DNA of 51,511 nt from an uncultured Desulfobacterales bacterium. GTDB taxonomy: Bacteria; Desulfobacterota; DSM-4660; Desulfatiglandales; HGW-15. The notes beneath the pieces were generated by a model. That model was given only the letters and a program-made list of their open reading frames with translations, was not told the DNA's origin and made no database searches. Position 1 is the first letter of the stretch; each line of letters starts with the position of its first letter. Location of the stretch: NCBI GenBank assembly GCA_964413125.1, contig CAYPSZ010000289.1, positions 1 to 51,511 on the forward strand, in the 5' to 3' direction. Position numbers and translations under genes: made by a program. Of the stretch, positions 48,616 to 51,511 are shown in pieces.

Positions 48616-49551
48616 TTGGAATATACGCATGAGCCGGTACTCCTTGAACAGGCCGTCGAGGATCTGGTCACCCGAACCGACGGTGTCTACGTTGACGGGA
48701 CCTGCGGCGGAGGTGGTCACAGCAGGACCATAGGCGGATTGCTCTCGGTCTCGGGCCGCATCATATGCCTGGACCGCGACCCCCAAGCGGTGCGTCAATG
48801 TCGAGCCCGAATGTCGTTCATGGAGGATCAGGTCCTTGTAATGAAGTCCGATTTTACGGATGTGGGCAGGATACTCCATGAGGAGGGACTGGAAAGGGTG
48901 GATGGTATCCTTCTGGATCTTGGCCTGTCGAGCCATCAATTGGATCGCTCGGGCCGGGGGTTCAGCTTCAAGAGGAACGAACCTTTGGACATGCGGATGG
49001 ATCCGGAAAGCGGGTTAACGGCCGGCCATCTTGTAAATACGATTGCGGAGGATGAGCTGGAGAGGATCCTGAGAACGTATGGTGAAGAAAAGAAGGCCCG
49101 GGCCATAGCCCGGGCCGTGGTCAAAGCCCGGCGGATTGGGCCTTTGTCCAGTGCCTCCGAGCTGGCCTCACTCATACGTTCGGTTTTCCCATATTCACGG
49201 AGGCCCGGTGAAATAGATCCTGCAACCAGGTCCTTTCAGGCATTGAGAATCGCGGTAAACAGGGAACTGGATCACTTACAATGGTTTCTCGACAAGGTCC
49301 CGGGATGGATTAGGCCGGGCGGAAGGCTTGTGATTTTGGCCTATCATTCCCTTGAAGACAGAATGGTCAAGCAGGCCTTTCGGGCCTGGGAAAAAGCCTG
49401 CACTTGCCCGCCGGGGTTCCCGGTTTGCAACTGCGGTAAAAAACCCCTGTTCAGGCCGGTTCGGCGCAGGGGAATAAAGCCGACCCAAGAGGAAATACAG
49501 AGGAATCCCAGGTCTCGCAGCGCCGTGCTGCGGGCGGCGGAAAGGATATGA
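48616..49551 (+). CDS. rsmH: 16S rRNA m4C1402 methyltransferase
   Basis: HEPVLL, DGTCGGGGHS, DLGLSS, RGFSF, PLDMRM, FQALRIAVN, HSLEDR and NPRSRSA motifs. Confidence 0.97.
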   Translation: MEYTHEPVLLEQAVEDLVTRTDGVYVDGTCGGGGHSRTIGGLLSVSGRIICLDRDPQAVRQCRARMSFMEDQVLVMKSDFTDVGRILHEEGLERVDGILLDLGLSSHQLDRSGRGFSFKRNEPLDMRMDPESGLTAGHLVNTIAEDELERILRTYGEEKKARAIARAVVKARRIGPLSSASELASLIRSVFPYSRRPGEIDPATRSFQALRIAVNRELDHLQWFLDKVPGWIRPGGRLVILAYHSLEDRMVKQAFRAWEKACTCPPGFPVCNCGKKPLFRPVRRRGIKPTQEEIQRNPRSRSAVLRAAERI

Positions 49552-49554
49552 GCA

Positions 49555-49920
49555 GTGAGCAAACCAAAATCCAGGTGCGAAGTGAAAATGCTTATGAATT
49601 GCGGGAGCGGGGTGCGTATTCACAATTCCAGGAAAAAGGATCGTGAGCTACAACTGACATCCCGGCAGATCGCATTGGTTTCCATCCTTTTCGTTATCTT
49701 TATGATGAGCGGAATCGGGTATGTCTGGTCCAATTTCGAGGGTACTCAAATCGGCTACGATCTTAGTCGTCTTCAAAAACTGGAGTTGGAGCTTATGGAA
49801 CTTAATCGCAAACTGAAACTGGAGCTGGCCTTTTTGACTTCGCCCCAATACCTGGAGGCTGCGGCCGGAAGGGCGGGCCTGCGTCCCCCTGAACCCGATC
49901 AAGTGATTCTGATTCAATGA
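49555..49920 (+). CDS. ftsL: Cell division protein FtsL
   Basis: Single TM plus leucine-zipper coiled coil (IGYDLSRL...NRKLKLELAFL), located between rsmH and ftsI. Start uncertain. Confidence 0.8.
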   Translation: MSKPKSRCEVKMLMNCGSGVRIHNSRKKDRELQLTSRQIALVSILFVIFMMSGIGYVWSNFEGTQIGYDLSRLQKLELELMELNRKLKLELAFLTSPQYLEAAAGRAGLRPPEPDQVILIQ

Positions 49921-49921
49921 G

Positions 49922-51511
49922 ATGAAACTCAAGGAAAAGAAGTGGATCAGATTTCGAATATATGCGGTTGCGACAATGTTCGCAGTGGGCCTGGTTGTTA
50001 TTCTTGCAAGGGGGTATCAGCTCCAGGTTCGAGAAAGGGATAAGCTTACGGCCATCGCCCGGGCCGGATACAGCGGTGTGGTCAATCTCCCTCCCATGCG
50101 GGGGACCATATATGACCGCAAGGGGAACGAGCTGGCGGTGAGCGTAGAAGTAGGCTCGGTATACGCGCACCCGCCACAGGTCGAAGACAAGGCCCGGGCC
50201 GCCCTGAAGCTTTCCCGGGTCCTTGCGGTCAGCGAAGCCGAATTGCTCGGCCTGCTTGAGAGGGATGTGCGTTTTGTGTGGCTCCGCAGGAAGGTACCAC
50301 CCGAACTGGTCGAGCAGGTGAGGCGGCTGGAAATTCAAGGTGTGGGGACGACCACTGAATCAGACCGTTTCTATCCCGGAAAGGAAATCGCCGGTCATTT
50401 GATCGGTTTCTCCGGTACCGACAACCAAGGGCTGGAAGGGCTTGAGAAGGTTTACGATCATTATCTCAAGGGCCCGGAGCGGGTTTTGATCCGGATGCGT
50501 GACGCGCTGGGCCGGCCGTTCTTCATCAGCCGGCCCACGCCTAGGGAAGAACCCGGCAAAAGCCGGGCCATGCACGACCTCGTGCTCACCGTTGACAAGC
50601 ATATCCAGTACAAGGCCCAGCAGGCCCTCGCGGAAGCGGTTGGTAAAACCAGGGCCCAAAGCGGTCAGTGTGTGGTGATTGATCCGGAGACAGGGGAGGT
50701 GCTGGCCATGGCCGTGGAACCTTCTTTCAATCCCAACGCGTTCGGCAATTACAAACCCGAGCATTGGCGGAACAGGGTCATTACAGACGCCTACGAGCCC
50801 GGCTCCACCATGAAGGCTTTCTTGATAGCCGCAGCCCTGGATAAGGTCGTCGTATCCCCCCAGACAGTGTTCAACTGCGAAAACGGCAAGATGTCCGTGG
50901 GCGGGCACGTTATTCACGACACCCACGAGTACGACGACCTCACCGCCGAGGAAATCATAGCGCTCTCCAGCAACATCGGGGCGATGAAAATAGGATGGAA
51001 GCTGGGATACGAGGCCTACACCGACTATCTGAAGGGTTTCGGCTTCGGCAAGAAGACCGGCATTGATCTGCTCGGGGAACGTACAGGGTTTATCCGGCCC
51101 GTTGCCGAGGCCCGTGACATTGATCGCGCCAATACCTTTTTCGGCCAGGGCCTGACCGTGAGTTCCATTCAACTGGTTATGGCCATGGGCGCCATCGCCA
51201 ACGGCGGACGACTCATGCGGCCATATGTTGTAAAGGAAATTCGGGATACGAAAGGCCGTGTTGTCATGAGGAACCAGCCTCAGGTGGTGCGGCGCGTGTG
51301 CGCCCCGAATACGGCCGCAGAGGTAAAGAGGATTCTGAGCGGCGTGGTCAGTGAACAGGGTACCGCACCAAGGGCTGCCGTCGCCGGATACCGGGCCGCC
51401 GGAAAGACCGGGACCGCCCAGAAAGTGGATCCCGGTACAAGGCGTTACTCAAAAAGCAAGTATGTGGCGCTTTTCGTGGGGTTTGTCCCTGTTGAGGATA
51501 CCCGGCTGGTT
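49922..51511 (+). CDS. ftsI: Septal peptidoglycan transpeptidase PBP3 (3'-partial)
   Basis: Not in the ORF track because it runs off the window. Reads MKLKEKKWIRFR-TM, RGTIYDRKG, GLEGLE, YEPGSTMK, SSN and GKTGTAQK. Confidence 0.95.
   Translation, partial: MKLKEKKWIRFRIYAVATMFAVGLVVILARGYQLQVRERDKLTAIARAGYSGVVNLPPMRGTIYDRKGNELAVSVEVGSVYAHPPQVEDKARAALKLSRVLAVSEAELLGLLERDVRFVWLRRKVPPELVEQVRRLEIQGVGTTTESDRFYPGKEIAGHLIGFSGTDNQGLEGLEKVYDHYLKGPERVLIRMRDALGRPFFISRPTPREEPGKSRAMHDLVLTVDKHIQYKAQQALAEAVGKTRAQSGQCVVIDPETGEVLAMAVEPSFNPNAFGNYKPEHWRNRVITDAYEPGSTMKAFLIAAALDKVVVSPQTVFNCENGKMSVGGHVIHDTHEYDDLTAEEIIALSSNIGAMKIGWKLGYEAYTDYLKGFGFGKKTGIDLLGERTGFIRPVAEARDIDRANTFFGQGLTVSSIQLVMAMGAIANGGRLMRPYVVKEIRDTKGRVVMRNQPQVVRRVCAPNTAAEVKRILSGVVSEQGTAPRAAVAGYRAAGKTGTAQKVDPGTRRYSKSKYVALFVGFVPVEDTRLV

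Overview
The gene families and gene order suggest a Desulfobacterota (deltaproteobacterial) chromosome segment in two parts. (1) Positions 1-~14.7 kb look like a decayed accessory island abutting the 3' end of a tRNA-Glu(CTC). It holds an IS66 transposase remnant, an acyl-CoA dehydrogenase, and a minus-strand catabolic operon: thiolase, LIV-type ABC importer, enoyl-CoA hydratase, TetR, 3-hydroxyacyl-CoA dehydrogenase and two acyl-CoA ligases. A sigma70 promoter with paired palindromic operators precedes the operon, and a scar of antitoxin and histidine-kinase fragments lies next to the tRNA. (2) The rest is core-like genome: tRNA-Gln/tRNA-Glu; an Opp-type ABC transporter with unusual insertions, divergent from a queuosine-salvage glycosylase (Qng1/DUF2419); dNK-metK-ahcY behind a structured leader and a small coupled uORF; a long run phoH-pgpH-ybeY-pdxJ-acpS-tsaE-lysC-comEA-CHASE2 kinase-PP2C-tsaD-DUF2062-rsmA; AF1514-like, HDIG, dacB and an ATPase; an hsp20-LonC-Cys-cluster-methyltransferase operon; and the start of the dcw cluster (mraZ, rsmH, ftsL, partial ftsI). 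The best candidates for novelty are the hsp20/LonC/Cys-cluster/methyltransferase operon, the Qng1 plus atypical ABC importer pair, the structured dNK-metK-ahcY leader with uORF, and a non-canonical tRNA-Gln. All calls come from reading motifs by eye; no database searches were run.
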